A stretch of 32,186 nt of DNA from Bacteriovorax stolpii (GCA_945890905.1 CAMDDI010000001.1:1-32186); one strand, 5' to 3'; numbered from the stretch's first letter, positions 1 through 8,883 are shown. A program made the numbers and translations. Notes: a model not told the origin generated them from the letters alone.

Positions 1-110
1 TCAAGTTGCGCCTTATGGGTAAGTTCAATAATTTCCAGGACGGTTTCCTGAGGATAATCAGAATAGGTTTGAAGATTTTGACCAGTAGCTGGATTGATGG
101 ATGTGCTCAT
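1..110 (-). CDS. NAD(P)-dependent aldehyde dehydrogenase, succinate-semialdehyde dehydrogenase-like; N-terminal fragment running off the window edge
   Basis: Not in the ORF track. Manual translation from ATG at 110 gives MSTSINPATGQNLQTYSDYPQETVLEIIELTHKAQL; 'SINPATG' is the typical ALDH N-terminus. Confidence 0.8.
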   Translation of the reverse strand, partial: MSTSINPATGQNLQTYSDYPQETVLEIIELTHKAQL

Positions 111-117
111 AGGCAGA

Positions 118-123
118 ATCTTA
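118..123 (-). promoter_or_regulatory. Candidate -10 box (TAAGAT) of a leaderless transcript
   Basis: TAAGAT lies 7 nt before the ATG at 110, with no Shine-Dalgarno in between. Confidence 0.4.
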
Positions 124-245
124 AGGTTTTAATTGTTCGCAGACAACTGAGGATTTTTTGAACATCTATATTCGAGATGGTGTTTCAGTTTTAAAATCCA
201 GCAGGCCCATACAAAATCTAGAGGTTTTGGCGCAAAAGCATTTCT

Positions 246-261
246 ATCAATCTTGATTGAT
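246..261. promoter_or_regulatory. Inverted repeat ATCAATC-TT-GATTGAT, candidate operator
   Basis: Perfect 7-bp arms in a divergent intergenic region. Confidence 0.3.
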
Positions 262-511
262 TTGAAATCTCTTTTTCTAAGGGATCTAAAATGTCTTTCA
301 GAGTTCAATTGGGAAAAGTGTTTTCTCTAAAATCAAATCAAAACAATGGCTTAAATCATCCCCATTTGTCTGCGAACAATTTAAGGTTTTGTGAGCAAAA
401 GTTAAAGCAGCAATCAGCGTACCTTTTCTGTCAGGATATATTGACCCGCTTTGATTTCTCAAGCATTAAGCTATAATAATAAATATCACTTTCTGTTTTT
501 CAGGAGTTCTC

Positions 512-1072
512 ATGAAATACATGATGCTTATTCTTCTGGCCTTGACTCAGCTCTCTTACGGAGCTGGCCCCACTACCGTTACCCTCGTCCGTAATGTAGT
601 GACCTTTGTTCCGGGTAATAATGCGGAAGTGAAAAGGGCGTTCATTGGATTTCGATGCTTAAGAGGTACGACTTTCTGGGAAGACATGAATGACGGACTC
701 AATAAATTCACAGGTTGTTACAACTACAATATTAACGGAGTGAATCTTCCCCGTTATAACTATGAACAGAATATTGAACTCAAGAAAATTGGGCCCAATC
801 AATTTGTTATCGAAGATCAAAAAGTTACTTTCACTACCTCGAATAAGGGTCACCTATGTATCCGTGTTGTGGCCGGTTTAGATAATGGTGAATTTGCTGA
901 GGTCAATGATCAATGGTCACTCTTTGGTTTTTGCACAGTGGAAAAATTACCATTTAGCGTGAACGAGCATGTTTATAATAATCGTCGTAAAGCGACTTTA
1001 GGTGAATTCAAAAGTGCTCTCATCAATCCCATTCCTGTGAAAACAAAAATTCCTAGTGATGATGAACGTTAA
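512..1072 (+). CDS. Secreted hypothetical protein (186 aa, 4 Cys)
   Basis: AGGAG SD before the ATG; TATAAT at 472-477; Sec-type signal peptide MKYMMLILLALTQLSYG; no family recognised. Confidence 0.8.
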   Translation: MKYMMLILLALTQLSYGAGPTTVTLVRNVVTFVPGNNAEVKRAFIGFRCLRGTTFWEDMNDGLNKFTGCYNYNINGVNLPRYNYEQNIELKKIGPNQFVIEDQKVTFTTSNKGHLCIRVVAGLDNGEFAEVNDQWSLFGFCTVEKLPFSVNEHVYNNRRKATLGEFKSALINPIPVKTKIPSDDER

Positions 1073-1197
1073 GTTTTTCGTTTAGAACAGGCCTTGAATT
1101 CTTACGATGCGTTTCTACTTCCTCTTCTTCAATAGCTTTTTTTACAGAGGCAGTTTCTTCATGATGATAGAAACCTAAGGTACTTAGCTCAACTCTA

Positions 1198-4100
1198 TTA
1201 TTTCTGTATATCTGTAGCGGATGCTGGTGAGCGTTTGAAATTGCTTTCAATGGATTCGATTTTAATGAGGTAATCTTTAGCTTGAAGATCTTTTTGATTA
1301 GAGATAACCACCCTTTTGAACATTTCTTTCGATTTGGAGTAATCCATACGTTTAAAATACAACTCTCCAAGAGCGGTTAGCAAAGAGAGAGATTTTTCAT
1401 TCTTAAGAAAAAGTTCACCCATATCGATTGCTGTTTGCACAGTTTTCTCGGATTCTTTACCCATATTAAGTTCTTTTTGATGACGGGCAATCTCACTTAG
1501 TAACATGACTTTCTCAGGAACTGTGCTGGCAATCTGTAAAAGTTCTTGATTAAGTTTAATTGAATTTTCAGAATCATTTTTAAAAATATCTAGGCACTTC
1601 TTCAAATATTGTTCAACGGTTTCACCTTTAAGTTGTTTTTTGCCTTTCATCACCAAGGTATAAGCAAAATCAAAAGTTCCCCGGTTGTTATAAGCAATTT
1701 TTGCCATCCCAAAATAGGCTTCAGAAGTCTGAGAGTAATGAATAGACTCTTTAAAATCCGCTTCGGCCAAATCCACATGGCGCAAGTTGAGATGATGATT
1801 CCCCCGATTCACTAGGGATTCAGCTAAGTTTTCACTTAATTTTTCAGAAGGTAGTTTCTTATGGGCATCTCGAGCGATCTCAACAGATTCTTCGAACTGT
1901 CTATTTTGTGCTAAACATTCAGTAATGAGTTTCTGAGCTTCTGAGTGAACTGAATCTTTTTCAAGAACTTGTTTACTGATCTCTATACACTTCACAGGAT
2001 TTTTTTGATTGAGATAACTCTTCCCTACTGAAATTAAACTATTGAGCTTATCATTGGGAGTTTTTGAAATATCGACAGCTTTTAAGTAGCAATTCAAGGA
2101 TCTCAGATGATCTCCTACACTCGCATAGAGATCTCCGAAGAGCATCAGATCACTAGGATTATTAACTGGAGAAAGTTTAAATACGTGAGTAAGAGACTTC
2201 TTTACTTCATCATCTTTTTTAAGCAAGGAGAGAGTATAAAGGTACACTAAATAGAGGCCCTGATGTGAAGGATTATACTTTAGTCCTCTGGTAAGAAGCT
2301 CTTTAGCTTCCGAAATGGTATCTCTCTCTTCAGAATGAATTTTAAGAATCTGTTCGGCCAGCATCCTGAATGAGGAGCCATGACTGGGGGCTTCTTCCAC
2401 GTTAGTCATGAGAAAGTCCATAGCGTTGGCCTTGTTTAAACCCGGATCTGCATCTCCTTCCAAAATTTTCTTTGCAAGGGAGAAACGCATTTCAGCTCTT
2501 TCAAGAAGCGGCATCTGTTGGAAAGTTTCATTGAGTTTGGCCACACCTGCCCGATGATTTCCACCGAAACTCAGTACAACAAATGGTCCCTTCAAACAGT
2601 GGTTAATTTCATTTTGAAAATTAATGAAATTTTTAGAAGAATATTGTGAATGAGAGAGGAAAGATTTTTTTACCGTAACAGTTTCAATAATTTTTGTCCC
2701 ATTGGGTTCCATCACAATCTTATTTTCATAATCTAACCAAGGGGAAGTCACACTGCAATCCATAGGATTTTCGCTGACAAACATATCTTTCAAGAAATGA
2801 GTCTTAGATACGACCTGAGTATCTCCAATGTAGAGATCTCCTTGCCAGTCCGGATACTTCATTAAAAATTTAGAAAGTGGATACCTGACCTTGAAACCGT
2901 AAGGTTTAAAAGCTTGTAGCGTGCCCTCCCCCAATTTATCTGTGGAGTAGCTTGCTGAGAAGTTTAATTCATTAAAGTTGCGCTCGCTTAAATCAAAGGA
3001 ATAAATTGTAATTTCTTTGTGATTATTACCCATAGCAAGAGTGAGTTTCAATTTCTCTTCAACCTCTTCTCTGGCCTTGGGACCCTCAATGTCAGTGAGA
3101 GCAAAAATGGCGTTTTTCTTAAATTTTAAATCTGCCTGAACTTTTATTTCTGAATTCGGAGCAAAGGTAGAAATTTGACTGACACTATAAAAGTTATCTA
3201 TGGGGAGATTATCCTGTATCTTTTCAGCTTTTCTTCTTCCATCTAAAACCAGTGCGACTTTATTTGTGATAATTGATCTATGTGAAAGACGGGAAAAGCT
3301 TATATCCGAGGGATTAATCCAAAAGATACTATTACCTGAAGTAATCTTCACCACTGCATGATTGAAATTTGAATTTGGAAAATCAAGAGACTGATCCCGC
3401 AATCTATCAGGTGTTGATGTCAGCACTAGGGCAAGGTCAGCATCAAGGCCCGCTTTCTTTAAAAGAGAAACTAACATAACCGACAAATCAATTGGCCATC
3501 CTTTTTTTGTTCTTAAAGTTTGTGAAATCTTTTGAGGAATAAATCTATCAACTTCAATCACCTTCCCTTTGAGTTGGGTAAAATTCTTTTTGATAAAGCT
3601 CAAAAGTTGCTTCACGATGACCTCGTGATCAGGTTCTTTTTTAAGTCCAAGAGCAAACTTATTCAAAGATTCTGGAAGTGCTTCGGCCAAGATCTGATCA
3701 TACTGCAACTTAAAATGGTCGTGTATTTTTACCCAGTCCGGATCAGAAGTGACCTTGAAAAATGTTTGCTGACTCAAAGAAGGTACAATTTCTTGATCTA
3801 CAAGGAATTCGGTATAAGGTTTTTTAAGAACAATACTTAAAACTGACTTATCAGACTCTTTCCAAGATTTTACGTCCAATAAAGAGCTTCGGTCATTGAC
3901 GGTTAAATTCAAAGGGACTTCAGATTCAATTAAACAGTTAAACTTTTTCACTAAATGCTCAGGAGCAATTTTAATCATTCGAGAAAAGTGCCGGGGAACA
4001 GTGGCCTTTGTTTCTTTTTCAAACTTCAAAAAAACCAGAGTATCAATAGCTAGAAAAGGATAAGGAATAATAAATTCCTGCATTTCTCCGTGTTCATTAA

Positions 4101-4395
4101 CTTTAATTTGATCTAGAGAAACTGGAACGACAGTTTTCCCATTGGTCACTCGGGCCTCAATAATTTTAAGAGTTCCCAGGTTTTTATTATTGCTGAGCTT
4201 AAAATTTTTAAAGAAAGGTCGGCTCTCCAAAGTACGTATCTTAAAAGTTTTAGTGACCAGTAATGTGGAATCACCATTTTTTTTAACTTTAAAGTGCTGA
4301 GAAAAATCTTCAATGATATAAGGAAAATCATCCACCTTCGCCCAACGGGCAAAACAAGTGCTTGAAAGTAAGAGTAGCAAGGCGATGATCTTCAT
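1198..4395 (-). CDS. Secreted DUF3857 + transglutaminase-like + TPR-repeat protein (1065 aa), probably catalytically inactive
   Basis: Signal peptide, N-terminal beta domain of DUF3857 style, TGase-like core (TKKGWPIDLSVMLVSLLKKAG...FNHAVV...FWINPS), C-terminal TPR-like helices (e.g. LVNRGNHHLNLRHVDLAEADFKESI; LTALGELYFKRMDYSKSKEMFKRVV). Confidence 0.85.
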   Translation of the reverse strand: MKIIALLLLLSSTCFARWAKVDDFPYIIEDFSQHFKVKKNGDSTLLVTKTFKIRTLESRPFFKNFKLSNNKNLGTLKIIEARVTNGKTVVPVSLDQIKVNEHGEMQEFIIPYPFLAIDTLVFLKFEKETKATVPRHFSRMIKIAPEHLVKKFNCLIESEVPLNLTVNDRSSLLDVKSWKESDKSVLSIVLKKPYTEFLVDQEIVPSLSQQTFFKVTSDPDWVKIHDHFKLQYDQILAEALPESLNKFALGLKKEPDHEVIVKQLLSFIKKNFTQLKGKVIEVDRFIPQKISQTLRTKKGWPIDLSVMLVSLLKKAGLDADLALVLTSTPDRLRDQSLDFPNSNFNHAVVKITSGNSIFWINPSDISFSRLSHRSIITNKVALVLDGRRKAEKIQDNLPIDNFYSVSQISTFAPNSEIKVQADLKFKKNAIFALTDIEGPKAREEVEEKLKLTLAMGNNHKEITIYSFDLSERNFNELNFSASYSTDKLGEGTLQAFKPYGFKVRYPLSKFLMKYPDWQGDLYIGDTQVVSKTHFLKDMFVSENPMDCSVTSPWLDYENKIVMEPNGTKIIETVTVKKSFLSHSQYSSKNFINFQNEINHCLKGPFVVLSFGGNHRAGVAKLNETFQQMPLLERAEMRFSLAKKILEGDADPGLNKANAMDFLMTNVEEAPSHGSSFRMLAEQILKIHSEERDTISEAKELLTRGLKYNPSHQGLYLVYLYTLSLLKKDDEVKKSLTHVFKLSPVNNPSDLMLFGDLYASVGDHLRSLNCYLKAVDISKTPNDKLNSLISVGKSYLNQKNPVKCIEISKQVLEKDSVHSEAQKLITECLAQNRQFEESVEIARDAHKKLPSEKLSENLAESLVNRGNHHLNLRHVDLAEADFKESIHYSQTSEAYFGMAKIAYNNRGTFDFAYTLVMKGKKQLKGETVEQYLKKCLDIFKNDSENSIKLNQELLQIASTVPEKVMLLSEIARHQKELNMGKESEKTVQTAIDMGELFLKNEKSLSLLTALGELYFKRMDYSKSKEMFKRVVISNQKDLQAKDYLIKIESIESNFKRSPASATDIQK

Positions 4396-4400
4396 AAAGT

Positions 4401-4439
4401 TCCTGACTTACCTATCGGATAGTCAGGATAAAAAGTTCA
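4401..4439 (-). promoter_or_regulatory. Candidate sigma28 (FliA)-type promoter TGAA-N16-TCCGATAG, with an inverted repeat (4401-4408/4421-4428) covering the RBS
   Basis: -35-like at 4436-4439 and -10-like at 4412-4419; TCCTGACT/AGTCAGGA arms, one of which contains the AGGA SD of the 4395 gene. Confidence 0.5.
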
Positions 4440-4458
4440 ACCGACTGACCAGCTCTGG

Positions 4459-5604
4459 TTATTGCTGATCAAGATTGATAGGAAGGGATTTAGAATTCTT
4501 GGCACCCAATTCTCTTAAGTTCTCCATACGACTGGTAACACTACCTTTTCCCGTAAGCATTTTGAGTCTTAAGCTCTCAAAAGAATCTCCGACTCTTTTA
4601 ATCTGTGAGTGTATGGAATCAAAATCTTCCACAACTCCTACAAATTTATCGTAGAGACCTCCCGCTTGACGTGCAATCTCTAAAGCGTTCTTGGTTTGCC
4701 TCTCCTGCTTCCACAGACTAGCTACTGTTCTAAGAGTAGCTAGCAAAGTCGAAGGGCCCACAAGCACAATATTGCGCTCCCAAGCGTAGGTAAGAATCTC
4801 TTTATCGTGACCCAATGAGAGCATAAATGCGCCCTCAATAGGTATGAAAAGCATGACGTAATCAGGAGTTGTGACCTGAGAAAGTCCCTGATAATTTTTG
4901 GCCGAAAGATTTTTAATATGAGCATAGAGTGAATCCAAGAAAGCCTTAAGATCCACTTCTTTTTGTTCATTGATATAGCGCTCATAGGCCACGAGACTCA
5001 CCTTGGAATCCACAATGAGATGCTTCTGATCCGGAAGATTAATAATCACGTCCGGCATTTGCGTGCGGCCCTCATCATCTCTGAGCTTAAGGTCTTTGCC
5101 TTGAGCAACATATTCCTCGCCCACCCGCAATCCCGAAGCCTCAAGGATGCGCTCAAGAATCACCTCTCCCCAATTTCCTTGAACTTTCACGTCCCCTTTA
5201 AGTGCGCGGGTAAGGTTCTGAGTTTCTAGGCTCATCTGTTGACCGGCAAGAGCGATGCGCTCAATTTCTGCGTGAAGTTTAACCCTGTCCCGAAGGTCAG
5301 TGAGATGAATCTCTTCTACTTTTTTAGAAAACTCACTCATCTTGTCCTTAAAAGGATTGAGCATCAGTTCCATGCCTTTCAGAGAATCTTCACGAAAGCT
5401 CTTAGTTTTTTCTTCAAAAATCTGCTGGGTCATATTCTTGAGCTTTAATTCTAAATTCTGTGCAGACTCTTGTTGATACTTATCTTGAAGAATGAGTTTT
5501 TCTTGAAGTAGTTTGTATTCGAGAATAAATTTTAGATTCTTAAAATGATAAAGAAGTGCCCCTATGAAAGTCCCAAGAAGGCCCACCAGAATATAAGTCA
5601 TCAT
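4459..5604 (-). CDS. rmuC: DNA recombination protein RmuC
   Basis: N-terminal TM and coiled coil, GNWGEVILERILE, PDVIINLP...IVDSKVSL nuclease-like motif, MLFIPIEGAF, GPSTLLATLRTV. Confidence 0.95.
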   Translation of the reverse strand: MMTYILVGLLGTFIGALLYHFKNLKFILEYKLLQEKLILQDKYQQESAQNLELKLKNMTQQIFEEKTKSFREDSLKGMELMLNPFKDKMSEFSKKVEEIHLTDLRDRVKLHAEIERIALAGQQMSLETQNLTRALKGDVKVQGNWGEVILERILEASGLRVGEEYVAQGKDLKLRDDEGRTQMPDVIINLPDQKHLIVDSKVSLVAYERYINEQKEVDLKAFLDSLYAHIKNLSAKNYQGLSQVTTPDYVMLFIPIEGAFMLSLGHDKEILTYAWERNIVLVGPSTLLATLRTVASLWKQERQTKNALEIARQAGGLYDKFVGVVEDFDSIHSQIKRVGDSFESLRLKMLTGKGSVTSRMENLRELGAKNSKSLPINLDQQ

Positions 5605-5650
5605 AAATTACCTCTCATGATAAATTATTCCCTTTTTTTTTTCCTTTGGG

Positions 5651-5656
5651 TAGAAT
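5651..5656 (+). promoter_or_regulatory. Candidate -10 box (TAGAAT) of a leaderless recombinase transcript
   Basis: 6 nt before the ATG at 5663; no SD; T10 tract at 5633-5642 just upstream. Confidence 0.4.
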
Positions 5657-5662
5657 CTAATT

Positions 5663-6667
5663 ATGATGAAGAAATCAAATGCACTCTCTTTGGTAATTGA
5701 TCAAGATCTTGCCAAAAAGTTTCAAGAAGCTTCTCAGAAAAAAACTGATATTCAGGATTTTGTCCGAGAATTTCTTGTTCAATTTCTCTCGCCCGACACA
5801 AAGACAGCTTACATTAAAGATTTAAAGTTCTTCTTTGATTTTCTTCGTTCCGGCTCAGTAGCGATTTCTCACCCTTCAGAAATTAAGTCCTATCACTTTC
5901 AGCTCTACCGGGATCATTTACTTGGGCGTGGACTCTCTTCGGCAACCATTAATCGCCGTTTGGTTTGTATCCGCTCTTTTATGAAATGGGCCGTGGCCGC
6001 GACTCTGATCGATCACAACCCATTAGATACTGTGAAGCTTCCTAAGGTTCAAACCGAATCTCCAACAGTGGCCTTTGATGATGATGAAGTGGTGATGATG
6101 CTTAATGCTCCAAATATTACGTCACATAAAGGACGCACACATAAGTTGATTATGGTCATGCTCTTTCATCTGGGACTGCGTCGCTCAGAGCTCACCAATA
6201 TGAAACGCCATCAAATTGTGAACGACCGCGATCATTATGTTTTAAGAATAAATGGTAAGGGAGATAAGATCAGACTTATTCCACTTAATGCTGTTGTATA
6301 CGAAGAAATTGTTGAATACATTGCCCACCTAAAAGATGCCGGTGTAGAACTTGGTCCTGAAGATTATTTACTGCAAACAGAACTCAAGGTTAAAAATGAC
6401 CGGCCCATGGATGGATCAACAATTTATCGTGTCATCAATCGCTACGCCCGCCGCCTTGGAATCAATAAATCTGTTTCTCCCCATTCATGCCGGGCCACAG
6501 TTATCTCTCACCTGCTCGATACTCAGCAAACGGCCATTCGTGATGTGGCCACCTTCGCTGGGCATTCGAATATTACCACCACTGAGCGCTATGATAAAAG
6601 ACGCAAAAATTTAGACAAGAGTGCTGCCTATTTGGTAGATTATGATCTCAAAAAAATTATGAATTGA
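5663..6667 (+). CDS. Tyrosine recombinase, XerC/XerD family
   Basis: SAM-like N-terminal domain (TKTAYIKDL...SATINRRL) and a complete catalytic set: R (GLRRSEL), K (GKGDK), HxxR (HSCR), H (GHSNI), Y (TERYD). Confidence 0.92.
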   Translation: MMKKSNALSLVIDQDLAKKFQEASQKKTDIQDFVREFLVQFLSPDTKTAYIKDLKFFFDFLRSGSVAISHPSEIKSYHFQLYRDHLLGRGLSSATINRRLVCIRSFMKWAVAATLIDHNPLDTVKLPKVQTESPTVAFDDDEVVMMLNAPNITSHKGRTHKLIMVMLFHLGLRRSELTNMKRHQIVNDRDHYVLRINGKGDKIRLIPLNAVVYEEIVEYIAHLKDAGVELGPEDYLLQTELKVKNDRPMDGSTIYRVINRYARRLGINKSVSPHSCRATVISHLLDTQQTAIRDVATFAGHSNITTTERYDKRRKNLDKSAAYLVDYDLKKIMN

Positions 6668-6669
6668 AC

Positions 6670-7620
6670 TTAAGCCGAAAATTCTGTTGCTGTAGCTTGG
6701 TAGTGATTTCTCACTAATCGCCGTGTGTAGCTCACAAATTCATTAATTGCTCTCTCACTCAGTGGATGAGAAGCCTTTAGGGCCGTGTAGGGAACAAAGA
6801 GATAAGACTTTTTGTTTTTCAAAAAATCGAAGCTAGATTGAACTTTGAAAGCTGTAACAGCGAGCTCGATAGCGTCTTCTTTTCTTGAAGAATAAAGAAG
6901 ATTAAAGGGGTACTGCTGTAAATGCTCGGAGAGATCTAGAAGAGTTTTACCCAGAGAATCGGTGAGAACCTTAGTGTCTAAAAGCAGCCTGATCTTTCCT
7001 TCTTGAATCATGTAACGGCTATAGAGATCTGAATCCATAGAAAGCAGAAGTCCTCGGGTGGTCAACTGATCTAAATTAATAAGGGTAGCTTTTTGAAAAT
7101 TAGCACCGAACTCTGCAAGTACTTTCGCCTTCAAACGAACTCGAAAATCTCTTTTTGGAAGTTTGCCTCGTAATAAACTCACCAAGACAAAATCTTTGTA
7201 GGTAGTAGGATTTAAGCACTCAGAGATGGACATCAATTTAAAAGGACCAGTGCCAGAAATAAATGAGACTTCAGTGGAACTGAAGGGATCGAGATTTGTA
7301 ACGATCTGAGATTTATTTAAGATATAGCGCTCATAAACATTATACATGGTAGTTTGCTGAACGTTAGTCGACGTTCTAAACCAGACAGGAATGAGAGAAA
7401 GCTGGGCAAGGGCACGTTCTCTATTTTCAAAATCTTCTTTTAAGTTAACATTACTTTCCATTTGAGCACGGATGACATCACAAGTTTCATCAAAATCCGC
7501 CCAATGAAAAATCATATTTCCATTTTCACATAAAGAGATCTCTTCGCCTAAATTATGGTGAAGGCTAGTTTCTTGCAAAAAAGAGTGAGGCAAGAAGTTT
7601 GTGATATTGAGAAGGGACAT
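6670..7620 (-). CDS. Hypothetical protein with a possible degenerate PilZ-like domain
   Basis: ATG at 7620 (MSLLNITNF) preferred over the track's TTG at 7650; KRDFRVRL followed about 25 aa later by DQLTTRG resembles the PilZ RxxxR and (D/N)xSxxG motifs. Confidence 0.65.
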   Translation of the reverse strand: MSLLNITNFLPHSFLQETSLHHNLGEEISLCENGNMIFHWADFDETCDVIRAQMESNVNLKEDFENRERALAQLSLIPVWFRTSTNVQQTTMYNVYERYILNKSQIVTNLDPFSSTEVSFISGTGPFKLMSISECLNPTTYKDFVLVSLLRGKLPKRDFRVRLKAKVLAEFGANFQKATLINLDQLTTRGLLLSMDSDLYSRYMIQEGKIRLLLDTKVLTDSLGKTLLDLSEHLQQYPFNLLYSSRKEDAIELAVTAFKVQSSFDFLKNKKSYLFVPYTALKASHPLSERAINEFVSYTRRLVRNHYQATATEFSA

Positions 7621-7713
7621 ATGCCTCAATCCTTGATGAAATAAACCCAATCCTTGAGTTCCTCATTGCATTTTACTCGTGTCTGGCCCAAACAGATAAA
7701 TATATTTTTTAAA

Positions 7714-8883
7714 TTAACTTAAAGAGCGCACAATTGAGACAAATGACTGATTTTCCTTTCTAAAGTGAGCAAATGAAAACCAGCTAAATACAAGAGAGAT
7801 TCCAAAGGGAATTAAGAGACTTAAGACTATGCTACTGATATTTAATTGAACAGGAAGTTGTCGTTCGACAAAAATATCTGGCATAATCTCGTGACCGTAA
7901 TTCTCAAGTATCTTCAAAGTCACATAGCCAAAAATGCCTCCCGAGATACAAGTCGCTGCAGAAAGGATTAAGGTGAACTTAAAACATAGCTGAATTATTT
8001 TTTTCTGTCCCATTCCTAGAATCCAAAAACTCATTAAATCTCTGCGTATTTTAGAATAAAAAATAAGCAGACCACTCGTAATTGCAATGGCAACAAGCAG
8101 ACTCATACTTATGAAAAGAAAGAGCATGACTTTTGTTTCAAGATTCAATGACCACACTAAGGCCCCATTCATCTCTTCCCATGTCACCCACTGAAAAGGA
8201 ATTTCAGTTTGAATCTTTAAAATTTTTTCTTTCACTGACCGAGGCACTTCTCCGTAAAGACGGATCTGATTAATCCCTCTTTGCCGAATAAGATTTTGAA
8301 TCAGCTCAAGTCGTGCCCAAGTTTCAAACTCATCCACTTCAGGCAACTCTGAATAAAGAAAATCAGAAAGCTCATCGGTAATAAAACGCGGAATTTCTCC
8401 CATGAGTGAATCTGTAATTCCCGGGGCAATAATTTGAAATTCATCTAAGAATTGAATTTTAATTTTTGACGCCAAGTCACTTCCCATGACCATGCCACGG
8501 AAATCTTTTTCCTTAAGAAATTCTGGTCGCTCATCAGTCAGATCAATGCCATGAACTTTTGCAGGAGCAACAAAGTTGCGGGCCTTGAGCATCACTTCAA
8601 TTTCAAGTTCGGAATAAAATGGAATTCCTTCTTTGCGCAAAACCTCTTTGATCTCACTAATATTCTCTGAAGTCGGACTTGAGAAACGGATCACATGAGA
8701 CCCATGAACTCCCTTAGAGCGGGCAATCAAACCTGACTGCAGCCCACCCATGATTCCTTGAATCACCATCAGAGAAAATGCAGAAATAAACAGACCCACC
8801 ACCGCAATAAATAATAAGCGCTGGCGAGTCTTCGCATGAAGAATATAACTAAAAAAATAGCGAAAAAAAGGCCAAACTTTCAT
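7714..8883 (-). CDS. LolC/LolE-like ABC transporter permease (MacB/FtsX family)
   Basis: TM1 (IAVVGLFISAFSLMVIQGIMGG), large periplasmic domain, TWEEMNGAL motif, three C-terminal TMs; start overlaps the upstream stop (TAATG). Confidence 0.88.
   Translation of the reverse strand: MKVWPFFRYFFSYILHAKTRQRLLFIAVVGLFISAFSLMVIQGIMGGLQSGLIARSKGVHGSHVIRFSSPTSENISEIKEVLRKEGIPFYSELEIEVMLKARNFVAPAKVHGIDLTDERPEFLKEKDFRGMVMGSDLASKIKIQFLDEFQIIAPGITDSLMGEIPRFITDELSDFLYSELPEVDEFETWARLELIQNLIRQRGINQIRLYGEVPRSVKEKILKIQTEIPFQWVTWEEMNGALVWSLNLETKVMLFLFISMSLLVAIAITSGLLIFYSKIRRDLMSFWILGMGQKKIIQLCFKFTLILSAATCISGGIFGYVTLKILENYGHEIMPDIFVERQLPVQLNISSIVLSLLIPFGISLVFSWFSFAHFRKENQSFVSIVRSLS

Noticed and set aside
291-476. 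61-aa ORF in the divergent intergenic region
   Set aside because: Weak SD, no recognisable features, and it ends on the probable promoter of the 512 gene; likely spurious.
5605-7713. Prophage, integron or genomic island around the tyrosine recombinase; dif site
   Set aside because: No att repeats, attC sites, tRNA, phage genes or dif-like 28-mer seen; flanks are ordinary chromosomal genes.
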